Source: an uncultured Lentisphaerota bacterium
Lineage (GTDB): Bacteria > Verrucomicrobiota > Kiritimatiellia > CAIQIC01
Direction: 5' to 3'
Length of the DNA: 64,000 nucleotides
Assembly: GCA_903912445.1 (NCBI GenBank)
Contig: CAIWHP010000084.1
Location: 3,621-67,620 of the forward strand
Position numbers and translations under genes: made by a program. This document shows, piece after piece, positions 9,609 to 20,477 of the stretch. Each line of letters starts with the position of its first letter. Position 1 is the stretch's first letter. The notes under the pieces are model-generated. The model made no database searches and was not told where the DNA came from. It saw only the letters and a list, made by a program, of their open reading frames with translations.

Positions 9609-10652
9609 ATGAAAAAACACATCGCTCTCACAGTTGTAGCGGGTTGTTTGTTGGCCGCCACCGGCGCGCAGTCTGCGCCCCTGCCTCCGAGTCACTTCAT
9701 CGCGAACGTGCCCTGGCACACGCAGATCAACGGTCTGCTCTGCGGGGCAGGCTCCTTGAACATCGTTTTTGATTTCTGGGGTCCGGACCTCAGCCAGAAG
9801 GCCATCGCCGACGTGGCGCGCAGTTCCTCCATCGGCACCTGGTGTTACGACGTCCAGCGCGCGGGCCACTTCAGCCTCTTGAGCGCGGCTCAAGGCAACT
9901 TCTATCCCGCCGAGGCGCCGATCGCGGGCTTCCCGGAACGGCCGCTCGGCTACGCCTCCTTTGGGCACGCCGCGCCGACCATCTGGCTCAACGAACTCAA
10001 GGCGCTGATCGCGGCGGACATCCCCGTGATCATGCTGATGCATTATGCCCCGGACAGCACCAGCGGCGGCCACTACCGCGTCGCCATCGGCTACGACGAT
10101 GTGCAGGGCGTGATCTACTTCAGCGACCCGTGGGGCCGCGATCTGAAGTATCTGCCCGGCCTGACCGGCGTCATCGCGTGGACCTATGCCGAGGTGGCCA
10201 CCGGCTGGGACTACGTGGCCTACGGCACGCCGCAGCCGTTCTACGGCGTGGCGATCATGCCGTGGAAGGTGGACGTGCAGTCCAAGGGTAAACTGAAGGC
10301 CGGCTCCACCATCACCGTGACGGCCACGGTGAACTATCCGTGCCCGGCCCCGTTCAGCCCCATGCAATTCCCGGCGAGCGACGTCAGCGCGAGCATCGCA
10401 CTCCCCGCCGGCCTGACGCTGCTCGGCGCGCCTAACCTCGCGCTCGGCAACCTGGCCGCCGGCGCGGCCAGAACGGCCACTTGGCAGGTGCGCGTGGACC
10501 AGGTGCCCACCGCGGGCGCGGCGATCACCGTGCAGGCCGGCGGCGTGGTTTCGGGTTCCGTGCCGGAAGCGAACTGGGCCGGCCAGAGCCAGTCCTACCC
10601 GCCCTACAGCTACACCGACCTGATCGGCGGCACGGGTTCGCTCGCGTTCTGA
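9609..10652 (+). CDS. Secreted C39-like cysteine peptidase with C-terminal Ig-like domain
   Basis: Signal MKKHIALTVVAGCLLAATGAQS; VPWHTQ..CGAGS, GHYRVAIGYD and FSDPW give a Cys-His-Asp triad. Confidence 0.75.
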   Translation: MKKHIALTVVAGCLLAATGAQSAPLPPSHFIANVPWHTQINGLLCGAGSLNIVFDFWGPDLSQKAIADVARSSSIGTWCYDVQRAGHFSLLSAAQGNFYPAEAPIAGFPERPLGYASFGHAAPTIWLNELKALIAADIPVIMLMHYAPDSTSGGHYRVAIGYDDVQGVIYFSDPWGRDLKYLPGLTGVIAWTYAEVATGWDYVAYGTPQPFYGVAIMPWKVDVQSKGKLKAGSTITVTATVNYPCPAPFSPMQFPASDVSASIALPAGLTLLGAPNLALGNLAAGAARTATWQVRVDQVPTAGAAITVQAGGVVSGSVPEANWAGQSQSYPPYSYTDLIGGTGSLAF

Positions 10653-10674
10653 TTCGCAACGCACGACAGTTGAC

Positions 10675-10706
10675 GAGGGGCGGCCAAGTGCCGCCCCTCA
10701 TTTTTT
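10675..10706 (+). terminator. Rho-independent terminator
   Basis: gaggggcggc-caagt-gccgcccctc followed by A and T6, 22 nt after the stop at 10652. Confidence 0.8.
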
Positions 10707-10813
10707 GTCCCGTAGCTGCACTCGTCAGAGTGCGGCGAGCCCAACCCCGCGGAAGCGAAAGCTGATTTGTGAATGGGTGGGGTGGGCGATGGTTGCGCGT
10801 GCTTGGCGTTGCT

Positions 10814-11614
10814 TCAGTAGCCGCCAGCGCCGATGCCGCCGCCTTGGCCGGCGACCTGCTGTCCGGCTTTTTCCGCAGCCTCGCGGCGACGGTATTCGTC
10901 GAGCATCGCGGCCGTGGCGGTCGCGCCGCAGCGTGTGCCGCCGAGGTCGCGGACCTTGATGAGTCCATCGAGATCACGCACGCCCCCGGCAGCCTTGACC
11001 TGCACCTTGGGCGAACAGCTCGCGCGCATCAGCGCGAGGTCGTGTTCGGTCGCGCCCTTGTAGTTATAGCTGCCGTCGGCCTGCTTCACGAAGCCGTAAC
11101 CGGTCGAGGTCTTCACCCAGTCGGCGCCGGCCCGCTCGCAGAGCTGGCAGAGCTTGCGCTTGAAGTCGTCGCTGCCGAGGCCCGCTCCGCCCTTGGTAAG
11201 GTAATCGTTTTCAAAGATGACCTTCACCTGCGCGCTGTGCTTGTGGGCCTCGTCGCAAACGGCCTTCACATCGCGCTCCACGTAGTCCCAGTCGCCGCCA
11301 AGCGCCTTGCCGATGTTGATGACCATGTCGATTTCGACCGCGCCATCGCGGCAGGCGAGTTCGGTCTCGTAGCGTTTGGATTCGGTGCAGGAGTTGCCGT
11401 GCGGGAAGCCGATGACGCAGCCGACCTTGACGCCGGTGCCGCGCAACAGTTCGACCGCGCGCCGGGCTGCGTAGGGCTTGATGCAGACCGAGGCGACGCC
11501 GTACTGCGCCGCGACGCGGCAGCCTTCCTCGAGGTCCGCGTCCGTCATCGTCGGATGCAGCAGCGAGTGGTCAATCATCTTGGCGAGTTCTTCGTAGGTA
11601 TATTTCATGGTCAT
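10814..11614 (-). CDS. deoC: Deoxyribose-phosphate aldolase
   Basis: [43 protein letters not shown] motifs; ATGA overlap with upstream gene (alternative start 11608). Confidence 0.92.
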   Translation of the reverse strand: MTMKYTYEELAKMIDHSLLHPTMTDADLEEGCRVAAQYGVASVCIKPYAARRAVELLRGTGVKVGCVIGFPHGNSCTESKRYETELACRDGAVEIDMVINIGKALGGDWDYVERDVKAVCDEAHKHSAQVKVIFENDYLTKGGAGLGSDDFKRKLCQLCERAGADWVKTSTGYGFVKQADGSYNYKGATEHDLALMRASCSPKVQVKAAGGVRDLDGLIKVRDLGGTRCGATATAAMLDEYRRREAAEKAGQQVAGQGGGIGAGGY

Positions 11615-12525
11615 CCAAAATAGGGCGCGAGCACATGGCGGGCGACGCGGACGGCGGACTGGCGGCCGGCGAGCGTGCTGCCGAAGGTGCCGTCCTCGAC
11701 CTCGATGCACACCGGGCCGTCGTAGCCGACGTCCATCAGCGCGGCCATGAAGCGCGCCCAGTCAATGTCGCCGTAGCCGGGCAGGCGCGGCTGGTGCCAT
11801 TCGAGCGGCGTGGCGAAGATGCCGACATCGTTGATGCGCTCGCGGCGGATGCGGACATCCTTGGCGTGCAGGTGGAAGAGCTTGTCCTTGAATTCGCGCA
11901 ACGGCGAGAGCGGGTCCATGTGCTGGAGAATGAAATGCGACGGGTCATAGTTGAGGCCGAAGTGCTTGCTCGGGATGTCGCTGAAGGCGCGCCGCCAGAT
12001 GACGGGCGTGGTCAGCAGATTTTTCCCGCCGGGCCACTCGTCGCCGGTGAACAGCATCGGGCAGTTCTCGATGCCGATCTTGATGCCGTGGTCCGCGGCG
12101 AAAGCGATCAGCGGCTTCCACGTCTTGAGAAAGCGCGGCCAGTTGGCGTCCACCGATTTCGTCCAGTCGCGGCCGATGAACGTGTTGACGTTCTGCAGGC
12201 CGAGCAGCGCCGCGGCGCGGATGACCTTCTTGATGTGGTCGGTCGCCTTCTTCGCCGTCACCGGATCTGGGTCGAGGGCGTTCGGATAATAGCCGAGGCC
12301 GGACAGGCCGACGCCATAGCGGGCGCAGAGCGCGTTGACGTCGTCGGCCTGTGCCCGGGTGAAGCCGTTGACATCAATGTGGGTGATGCCGGCGTACTTG
12401 CGCTCGGCCTTGCCGACGGGCCAGCACATGACCTCGATGCACGCGAGGCGCTCGGCGGCGGCGAACTTCAGGACTTCCTCCAGCGACAGCTCCGGCAGAA
12501 TCGCGCTGACTAATCCCAGTTTCAT
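11611..12525 (-). CDS. Sugar phosphate isomerase/epimerase (xylose isomerase-like TIM barrel)
   Basis: [39 protein letters not shown] motifs. Confidence 0.88.
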   Translation of the reverse strand: MKLGLVSAILPELSLEEVLKFAAAERLACIEVMCWPVGKAERKYAGITHIDVNGFTRAQADDVNALCARYGVGLSGLGYYPNALDPDPVTAKKATDHIKKVIRAAALLGLQNVNTFIGRDWTKSVDANWPRFLKTWKPLIAFAADHGIKIGIENCPMLFTGDEWPGGKNLLTTPVIWRRAFSDIPSKHFGLNYDPSHFILQHMDPLSPLREFKDKLFHLHAKDVRIRRERINDVGIFATPLEWHQPRLPGYGDIDWARFMAALMDVGYDGPVCIEVEDGTFGSTLAGRQSAVRVARHVLAPYFG

Positions 12526-12566
12526 TTTTTTTCCTTTCGTTGTGAATCAGACCGCACGCAAACCGA

Positions 12567-13534
12567 TCAACCTGGTTTCAGGCCACCGTGCCGGGCGAGG
12601 GCGATGCCGCCCAGCAGCCCGGCCTTGTCGCCGAGCGCGGAGCGCTCGATGCGGATAGCCTGCGTCGGGATCATCCCCACGCGGCGCTGGAGCGTTTCGC
12701 GCATCGGGCCGATCAGCAGCTCGCCCAGCTCGGCCACGCCGCCACCGAGGACAATCAGGTCCGGATGCAACGCCACCACCAGGTTGGCGGCGCCGATGCC
12801 GAGCCATTCGGCGGCGCGGCGGATGGCGGCGGCCACACCGGCATCGCCTGCGCGGGCGGCCGCGCCCATGGTTCTGGGCGAAACCTTTTCCACCTGGCCC
12901 TCGCACAGCTCGTGCAGCTTGGGCGCATTGCCGCTCAACAACAGGCGGACGCCCTCGGCGGTGATGGCCGGGCCGCTGGCCAGCGCTTCGAGACAGCCGC
13001 GGTTGCCGCAACCGCACAGGGGCCCGTCGGGCAAGATGGTTTGGTGTCCGATTTCGCCGGCTGCGCCCAGCGGGCCCAGCCGCAGTTGGCGCTCCACCAC
13101 GATGCCGCCGCCGATGCCCGTGCCGAGCGTGAAGAAGATCATGGTCTGCGCGTCGCGGCCGCTGCCGAAGGTCAGCTCGCCCAGCGCCGCGGCACGCGCG
13201 TCGTTGAGCAGGTAGACGGGATAACCGAGTTTCGGCTCCAGCGTCGCGCGCACCGGCACCTCGCGCCATTGCGTCGGCAGATTCGGCAGAAAGGTGGTGA
13301 CGCCGTTGGCAAGATCGGCCAGGCCTGGGACGCCCATGCCGAGCGCGACCGGCTGCACGCCGCTTTGCCGGGCCAGCCTGCCCAGCAGGGTCGCGATGCG
13401 CCCCAGCACGGCGGGCGGCCCTTCGTGCGAGAGCGTCGGTTCCTTGGCCTCGGCGATGATCCGGCCTGTTTCATCCGCGAGGGCGGCGCTGACGTTCGTG
13501 CCGCCGAGATCCACGCTGGCGAAGATGGACTTCA

Positions 13535-13535
<1 letters not shown>
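12567..13535 (-). CDS. ROK family sugar kinase
   Basis: VDLGGT, LLNDARAAALGE, TLGTGIGGG, GEIGH, CGCGNRGCLE; TGATG overlap with upstream gene. Confidence 0.9.
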
Positions 13536-14671
<1,136 letters not shown>

Positions 14672-14684
14672 GCTCGTATGCTCC

Positions 14685-15464
14685 CTATTGCTTCCGGTTC
14701 AAATCCAACAGCACGCCCGCCGCCGGGCGCGCGGCCTGGATCGGCCCGAGGCGGTTGTGAAATTCGTAGGCGTCGCCGCGGTACAGCGTCAGCTCGCGCC
14801 AGAGCGGCACGCCGCCGCCGAGATAACCCACCGAGGTGACCAGCAGTCCGGCCGTCCCTTCGGCCACGCGCAGCAACCGCGCATCTTCGCCGCGGATCGC
14901 CACCGCGCGGATCACCTGGTCGGCGCCGGCGATCTTCAGCTTCAACTGCTCCGTCCACACGGCATACAGCGAACCCTTGACGGCGCTCTTGTTCAACCCG
15001 GCGCAGAAGTGCGCCACGATGTGGCGGCGTTCCACGATCACCGGCGTGCCGTCGGTCAGCCGCAGGCGCTCAAGATAGAAGAGTTCATCTTGCGGCTGAA
15101 TGCGCAGCGCGCCGAGCACCTCCGCGCCAGCCTGCGCGGCCCGCATCGTGGCGAAGCGCAGCACGCGCGTCGCGGGCTGCTTGCCGGCGGCCGCGGCCTT
15201 GTCGGTGAAGCTCACCAGCGCGGCGAGGTCATAGTCGAGCGCGCCGCCGCGTACGAACGTGCCGACGCCCTTCTTGAATTCCAGCACGCCCTCCGCGACG
15301 AGGTTGGAAACCGCCTTGTTGGCGGTGACGCGGCTGACGCCGAACCGCTCGCCGATCTCGCGCTCGGTGGGGAACTTGTCGCCCGCCTTGAACTCGCCGC
15401 CGCGGAGCAGCGCGCGCAGCTTGTCGTTGAGCTGGCTGTAAATCGGATGTTGGGTCCGGGTCAT
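14685..15464 (-). CDS. GntR family (HutC/UTRA) transcriptional regulator
   Basis: FPTEREIGERFGVSRVTANKAV..GVGTFV HTH plus UTRA-like C-terminus (RLRLTDGTPV, YRGDAYEF). Confidence 0.92.
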   Translation of the reverse strand: MTRTQHPIYSQLNDKLRALLRGGEFKAGDKFPTEREIGERFGVSRVTANKAVSNLVAEGVLEFKKGVGTFVRGGALDYDLAALVSFTDKAAAAGKQPATRVLRFATMRAAQAGAEVLGALRIQPQDELFYLERLRLTDGTPVIVERRHIVAHFCAGLNKSAVKGSLYAVWTEQLKLKIAGADQVIRAVAIRGEDARLLRVAEGTAGLLVTSVGYLGGGVPLWRELTLYRGDAYEFHNRLGPIQAARPAAGVLLDLNRKQ

Positions 15465-15597
15465 GGTCGTGGCCTAGCCACGCGCAGTTGGTAGCATGGC
15501 CCGCGTTTGTCCGTCAAGCGCGCGGTTGACAGTTTTCCGCGGAAGAGCTACATACCGCGTGGCTATGCCACCTATCCCTGACAGCCCGGGTTGGCGT

Positions 15598-15706
15598 TTC
15601 CAAGGCTTGGAAAACATCCGCCGTATTTTTCCAAGGCTTGGAAGATTATCCGTGAAACGTTCCAAGCCCTGGAAAAACGCCGGCAATATTTTCCAATCCT
15701 TGGAAC
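15598..15706. repeat. TTCCAA-N3-TTGGAA cluster (4 copies)
   Basis: copies at 15598, 15629, 15660, 15691 (31 bp period). Confidence 0.9.
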
Positions 15707-16992
15707 CCCGCACCCTCGCACTCGCCGGTTTGCTGGCGTGGTCGGCGGCCGGGGCGGTGGAAAAGCCCAACATCATCCTCATCAACTGCGACGATCTCGG
15801 CTATGGCGACCTGGGCTGCTGCGGCGCGCAGGACATCCGCACGCCGCAGCTCGACCGCATGGCGGCGGAGGGCACCCGTCTCACCGATTTCTCGGTGACC
15901 TCGGCGCTCTGCACGCCGTCGCGCGCCGCGCTGATGACGGGAAAGTATCCGGGCCGCGTCGGTCTGGCGGCGGGCGTGCTGCGGCCGGATGCGACGAACG
16001 GGCTCGCGGGCTGCGAGGCGACGCTGGCGGAGGTTTTGAAGCCGGCGGGCTATGTGACGGGGTGCATCGGCAAGTGGCATCTCGGCTTCGTCCAAGGCAT
16101 GCGGCCAATGGACCAGGGCTTCGACAGCTACTACGGCGTGCTGCACAACCTGGACAAGTTTGAGACCATCTGCTTCGAGCAGGAGGGCGGCATGCCGGTC
16201 CTGCGCGGCAACGTGGTGGAAAAGCGCCCCGCGGTGCCGGCGGAGATGACCGGGCTGTATACGGCGGAGGCGCTGAAGTTCATCGAGGCCAACCGCGGGC
16301 GTCCGTTCTTCCTTTACCTTGGCCACGCCATGCCGCACCTTCCGTTCGATGCTTCGGCGAAGTTCAAAGGCAAATCCGGCCGCGGTCTCTTTGGCGACGT
16401 GGTGGAGGAACTCGACGACAGCACCGGCCAGATTCTCGACAAGCTGCGCGCGCTTGGCCTGGCGGAGAAGACGCTCGTCATTTTCACGAGCGACAACGGG
16501 CCGGAGCGCAACACGCCCGGCAGCGCGAAACCCTTCCATGGCGGGAAACACACTGTGTTTGAGGGCGGGCTGCGCATGCCGTGCCTCGTGTGGTGGCCCG
16601 GCCATGTGCCCGCCGGCCGCGTGTGCGATGAATTCATGGCCACACTCGATTTTTTGCCCACGTTCGCCCGGTTCGCCGGAACGCCGCTGCCTGCGCAGGT
16701 GGACGGCTTCGATCAGCTTGACGTCCTGCTCGGCCGTCCCGGCGCGAAATCGCCGCGCACCACGCTCTATTCGCTCTATGGCTTCGGCCAGCATCGTTTC
16801 GAGTCCATGCGCGAAGGCCGCTGGAAACTGCACCTCGGTGCGCCGCCCAAGCTCTTCGATCTCGGCAGCGACCTCGGCGAGGCCACCGATGTTGCCGCGC
16901 AGCATCCCGACGGTGTACAAAGGCTGCAGGCGCTCGCGGAGCATATCCGCGGGGAGCTCAAAGACCGTGCGCCAACAGGAGCAACACGATGA
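15652..16992 (+). CDS. Arylsulfatase-type (Cys/formylglycine) sulfatase, probably secreted
   Basis: KPNIILINCDDLGYGD, CTPSRAALMTG, GKWHLG, FTSDNG, EGGLRMP; start uncertain (GTG 15652, ATG 15565/15496 or TTG 15700). Confidence 0.9.
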   Translation: MKRSKPWKNAGNIFQSLEPRTLALAGLLAWSAAGAVEKPNIILINCDDLGYGDLGCCGAQDIRTPQLDRMAAEGTRLTDFSVTSALCTPSRAALMTGKYPGRVGLAAGVLRPDATNGLAGCEATLAEVLKPAGYVTGCIGKWHLGFVQGMRPMDQGFDSYYGVLHNLDKFETICFEQEGGMPVLRGNVVEKRPAVPAEMTGLYTAEALKFIEANRGRPFFLYLGHAMPHLPFDASAKFKGKSGRGLFGDVVEELDDSTGQILDKLRALGLAEKTLVIFTSDNGPERNTPGSAKPFHGGKHTVFEGGLRMPCLVWWPGHVPAGRVCDEFMATLDFLPTFARFAGTPLPAQVDGFDQLDVLLGRPGAKSPRTTLYSLYGFGQHRFESMREGRWKLHLGAPPKLFDLGSDLGEATDVAAQHPDGVQRLQALAEHIRGELKDRAPTGATR

Positions 16993-19373
16993 GTGGCAGG
17001 ATGAAATTTTCGCGCCGTGAATTTCTGGCGGCCTCCGGGCTGGCGGCAGGCGGGCTGGTCATGTTCGGCCGGAGCCGCGTGGCCCTGGCGGCGGTGCAGA
17101 CGCCCAACGCCGACATGGCGGCGCTGCGGCAGGCGCTGCTGGACTCGCCGGTTGACGTCGCGTTGCATCGAGCCAAGATCTTCACGAAAGTCTTCCAGCA
17201 GCACGAGGCAGAGCCGTGGATCGTCCGGAAGGCGCTCGCGCTGCGCGAATATTTCGCGACCGTGCCGCTCTATCTGCGCGAGCACGATGGCTTCGCGGGC
17301 GCGATCAGCGAGACGCCGGGCGCGATGCCGCTGCTGGTCGAGCTGGGCATTGCGGAGAACAACATCTACACGAGCGAGCGCCCCGAGCGCGCGGGCTACC
17401 TTGCCGGGAAAGTACCGGACGACATCCAGGAGTATTGGCTCAATCGCAACATGTGGGGCCGGTATCGCACGGAAATTCTCGGCCAGCCGCCGGCCAAGAG
17501 CCGCGCCGAGCTGAAAGCCAATCCGGGCTACAAGTTCATTTCCAACCAAGGCCACCTCTGCCCCAGCTATGCGGGGCTGCTCCGCGTCGGCATCGGCGGG
17601 CTGCGGCAGAACATCGCGACGCGGCGGCAGGGCGAGGCCGACGCCGCGCAGCTCGCCTTCCTTACGGCGGCGGACCACACGCTCGCCGGCCTCTCCACGT
17701 GGGCGCAGCGCTACAGCGCATTCCTCGCGAAGGAAAAGCAGCAGGCCGAGATGGCGCGTATCTGCGCGAAGATTGCGACGCAGCCGCCGGAGACGTTCCG
17801 CGAGGCGCTACAGTTGATCTGGCTCGCGCACCAGGCGATCCACATCGAGGGTCACGGCTATTCCTGCACGCCCGACCGGCTCGACCAGTTGCTGCTGCCG
17901 TTCTACGAAGCGGATCGCAAGGCCGGCCGGCTCGATGATGCCGGCGTCATCCGGCTGACCGAAAACTTCGTGCTCAAGATGTTCGACAACACCTACTGGG
18001 GACCGGAGCACCATCTGACGCAGGGCTTCGTGGTCGGCGGCTCGACGCCCGACGGGCGCGACCTGACGAACCGCTTGAGCTGGCTGATGCTCGAAGGCGC
18101 GACGAACATGGCGCTGCCGGAACCGCTGGTCTGGGTCCGCTGGCATCCGGCGATCGATCAAAAGTTTTTCGACTTCTGCCTGACGCGGCTGACGCGCACC
18201 ACCTGTTTCCCGATGCTCTGGAACGACAAGGTCGTGCCGCAAGGCCTGATGAATCTCGGCGTCAGCCGCGAGGACGCGTTCAACTACACGCCCGTCGGTT
18301 GCAACGAGCTGGGCATCCCCGGCCAATTCTATTACAACCCCAACGCAAACGTCAGCTACCTTGCCGCGATCGAGGCGGCGCTGACGGGCGGCAAAGGTTA
18401 TCGGCAGCAGTGGAAGTGGTGGAAAATTGCGCCACCAGCGAGCGAACTGAAGACGTTCGACCAGTTCTCTGCCGCGGTCGGCGCCTATATCCGCAAGCAA
18501 CTCGAGCAATCCTACGCCGCCGACATGAAGGTGCTGCAGGCGCAGATGACGTGGGGCGTGACGCCGCTGACTTCCTGCTTCTTCCACGGCTGCATCGAGC
18601 GCGCCCGCGACATGGTGCAAGGCACCAAGTACAACATCCTATCCTGCGGCGGTATCGCCTTTGCCAATGCCGTGGACTGCATGGCCGCCGTGCGCGACGT
18701 GGTCTTTGAAAAGAAAGCGGCCACGCTCGACGAAGTGGCGACGGCCTGCACCGCGAACTTCCAGGGTCACGAACGGCTGCGTGCCAAGCTGTGCGCCGCG
18801 CCGAAGCATGGCAACGACGACCCACGCGTGGACGATATCATCAAGCTGGTCGAGCGCCTGCGGGACGAGCCGATGCAGGACATCTGCCGTGACCCACGCG
18901 ACGGAAGCAAGTTCGGCAACAGCCATGTCGTCCGCAGCGGCGCCGTGACGATGGGCCGCGGCACGCCCGCCACGCCCGACGGCCGCCTCGCCGGGACGCC
19001 GGTGGCCAATTCCGTCGCCGTCTCCGCCGGCTGCGAGCGCAGCGGCCCGACCGCCACGCTCAACTCCGTCTGCAAGCTCGATGCCGCCAAGAGCTGGCAG
19101 TGCGCCTACCAGGTCAACATCCGCTTCCACGCCGGCATGATCGCCGACGAGGGCCAGCGCGAAATACTGCGCGCGATGTTGAACGTCTATTTCCAGAACG
19201 GCGGGCAGGAGCTGCAGATCAACGTCGTGGATTCCGCCGCCCTGCGCGCGGCGCAGAAAAATCCGGAACAATATCGCGACCTCGTCGTCCGCGTCGCCGG
19301 CTTCAGCGAGTTCTTCGTGAACCTCACGCCGGAGATGCAGAACGAAGTCATCGCCCGCACGGAGCACATGTGA
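16989..19373 (+). CDS. Glycyl radical enzyme (PFL-like fold, non-PFL) with Tat signal peptide
   Basis: SRREFLAASGLAAGGLVMFG..ALA Tat leader; single-Cys loop VGCNE; TPATPDGR; ELQINVV; glycyl loop LVVRVAGFS; ATGA overlap with the sulfatase. Confidence 0.92.
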   Translation: MSGRMKFSRREFLAASGLAAGGLVMFGRSRVALAAVQTPNADMAALRQALLDSPVDVALHRAKIFTKVFQQHEAEPWIVRKALALREYFATVPLYLREHDGFAGAISETPGAMPLLVELGIAENNIYTSERPERAGYLAGKVPDDIQEYWLNRNMWGRYRTEILGQPPAKSRAELKANPGYKFISNQGHLCPSYAGLLRVGIGGLRQNIATRRQGEADAAQLAFLTAADHTLAGLSTWAQRYSAFLAKEKQQAEMARICAKIATQPPETFREALQLIWLAHQAIHIEGHGYSCTPDRLDQLLLPFYEADRKAGRLDDAGVIRLTENFVLKMFDNTYWGPEHHLTQGFVVGGSTPDGRDLTNRLSWLMLEGATNMALPEPLVWVRWHPAIDQKFFDFCLTRLTRTTCFPMLWNDKVVPQGLMNLGVSREDAFNYTPVGCNELGIPGQFYYNPNANVSYLAAIEAALTGGKGYRQQWKWWKIAPPASELKTFDQFSAAVGAYIRKQLEQSYAADMKVLQAQMTWGVTPLTSCFFHGCIERARDMVQGTKYNILSCGGIAFANAVDCMAAVRDVVFEKKAATLDEVATACTANFQGHERLRAKLCAAPKHGNDDPRVDDIIKLVERLRDEPMQDICRDPRDGSKFGNSHVVRSGAVTMGRGTPATPDGRLAGTPVANSVAVSAGCERSGPTATLNSVCKLDAAKSWQCAYQVNIRFHAGMIADEGQREILRAMLNVYFQNGGQELQINVVDSAALRAAQKNPEQYRDLVVRVAGFSEFFVNLTPEMQNEVIARTEHM

Positions 19374-20275
19374 GCACCGGACGCGTCTTTGATATCCAGC
19401 GGTTCTCGATCCACGACGGGCCGGGCATCCGCACCACAGTGTTTCTCAAGGGCTGTCCGCTGCGCTGCCTCTGGTGCAGCAACCCGGAGAGCATTGACCC
19501 CAAGCCGCAGCTCTCATTCATGGCCGAAAAATGCATCGCGTGTGGCGCGTGCTATGCGGTCTGCAAGCCGGGCGCGCTGGCGAAGGGCACCGACGGCAAG
19601 GCGCAGCTCGACCGCGCGCGCTGCACGAACTGCGGCGACTGCGCGGGTATCTGCGACGCGCAGGCGCTGGAGCTGGTCGGCCGCGACCTGCGCGCCGGCG
19701 AGGTGCTCGAGGTGGTGCTGCGCGACCGCGACTACTACGTCCAATCCGGAGGCGGCCTTACGCTCTCCGGCGGCGAGCCGCTGCTGCAGCCGGAATTTGT
19801 CGAGGAGCTGCTCCTCGCCGCGCGCAGCCAGGGCTTGCACTGCTGCGTCGAGACCGCCGGTTACGCCGGCTGGGAAGTTTTTGACCGGCTCAAGCGCGGC
19901 GTGGACCTGTGGCTCTTCGACTACAAGGAGAGCGATCCCAGCCTGCACGCCAAATTTACCGGCCGCGAACGCGAAACCATCGTCGCGCGTTTGCAGCAGC
20001 TCCACGACAGCGGCGCGAAAATTCTGCTGCGCTGCCCGATGATTCCGCAGTGCAACACGCGGACGGAACATCTCGACGGCATCGCCGCGCTCGCCCGCCA
20101 GCTGCCGCAGCTCGTCGGCGTGGAACTGCTGCCTTACTTCGACCTCTGGCGCGCCAAGCTCAAACGCTTCGGCCTGACCACCGCGCTGCCCGACACCGTC
20201 AAGCCGCCCTCGCGCGAACAGCTTAAGGGCTGGAGCGATTATCTCCGCACCCGCGGCGTCCGCCTCATCGGCTGA
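19370..20275 (+). CDS. Glycyl-radical enzyme activating protein (radical SAM with ferredoxin insert)
   Basis: GTG start overlapping the GRE stop; IQRFSIHDGPGIRTTVFLKGCPLRCLWCSNPES; CIACGAC and CTNCGDCAGIC; SGGEP. Confidence 0.93.
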   Translation: MSTGRVFDIQRFSIHDGPGIRTTVFLKGCPLRCLWCSNPESIDPKPQLSFMAEKCIACGACYAVCKPGALAKGTDGKAQLDRARCTNCGDCAGICDAQALELVGRDLRAGEVLEVVLRDRDYYVQSGGGLTLSGGEPLLQPEFVEELLLAARSQGLHCCVETAGYAGWEVFDRLKRGVDLWLFDYKESDPSLHAKFTGRERETIVARLQQLHDSGAKILLRCPMIPQCNTRTEHLDGIAALARQLPQLVGVELLPYFDLWRAKLKRFGLTTALPDTVKPPSREQLKGWSDYLRTRGVRLIG

Positions 20276-20285
20276 CCGTTGCAGT

Positions 20286-20382
20286 TTCCAAGGCTTGGGC
20301 CTATTCCTCCGGTAATTCCACGACGGGGAGAAATTCCAATGTTCGGGGAAAGTACCGGTTTGCTTTTACAGCCCTTGGAAAA
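20286..20382. repeat. Degenerate TTCCAA-N3-TTGGAA cluster
   Basis: ttccaaggcttgggc 20286; degenerate copies near 20334 and 20365. Confidence 0.6.
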
Positions 20383-20443
20383 CCGTAAAAACCTAAGCTG
20401 AAACGGTGCGCACGGTCATTTGTTCTTTCGTCGGGGCCACGGC

Positions 20444-20471
20444 TTGACTGCGGGAGCGGCGGGGTTAACAT
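20444..20471 (+). promoter_or_regulatory. Putative sigma70 promoter of a leaderless gene
   Basis: TTGACT (20444)-16 nt-TAACAT (20466), then 6 nt to ATG 20478. Confidence 0.55.
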
Positions 20472-20477
20472 GCGCGC

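Noticed and set aside
15465-15600. GntR/HutC operator in the divergent promoter region
   Set aside because: No clear GT-N-TA-N-AC palindrome; the TTCCAA repeats are too widespread to be this regulator's operator.
15598-15706. TTCCAA-N3-TTGGAA clusters as CRISPR or mini-CRISPR arrays
   Set aside because: Repeats of 15-19 bp with variable centres, linkers of only 16-17 bp, 2-4 copies, dispersed across the window, and no cas genes.
16989-19373. Calling the GRE pyruvate formate-lyase (pflB) or CutC
   Set aside because: It lacks the PFL Cys-Cys pair; the loop is GCNE, not GCVEP; no microcompartment genes; the substrate cannot be assigned by eye.
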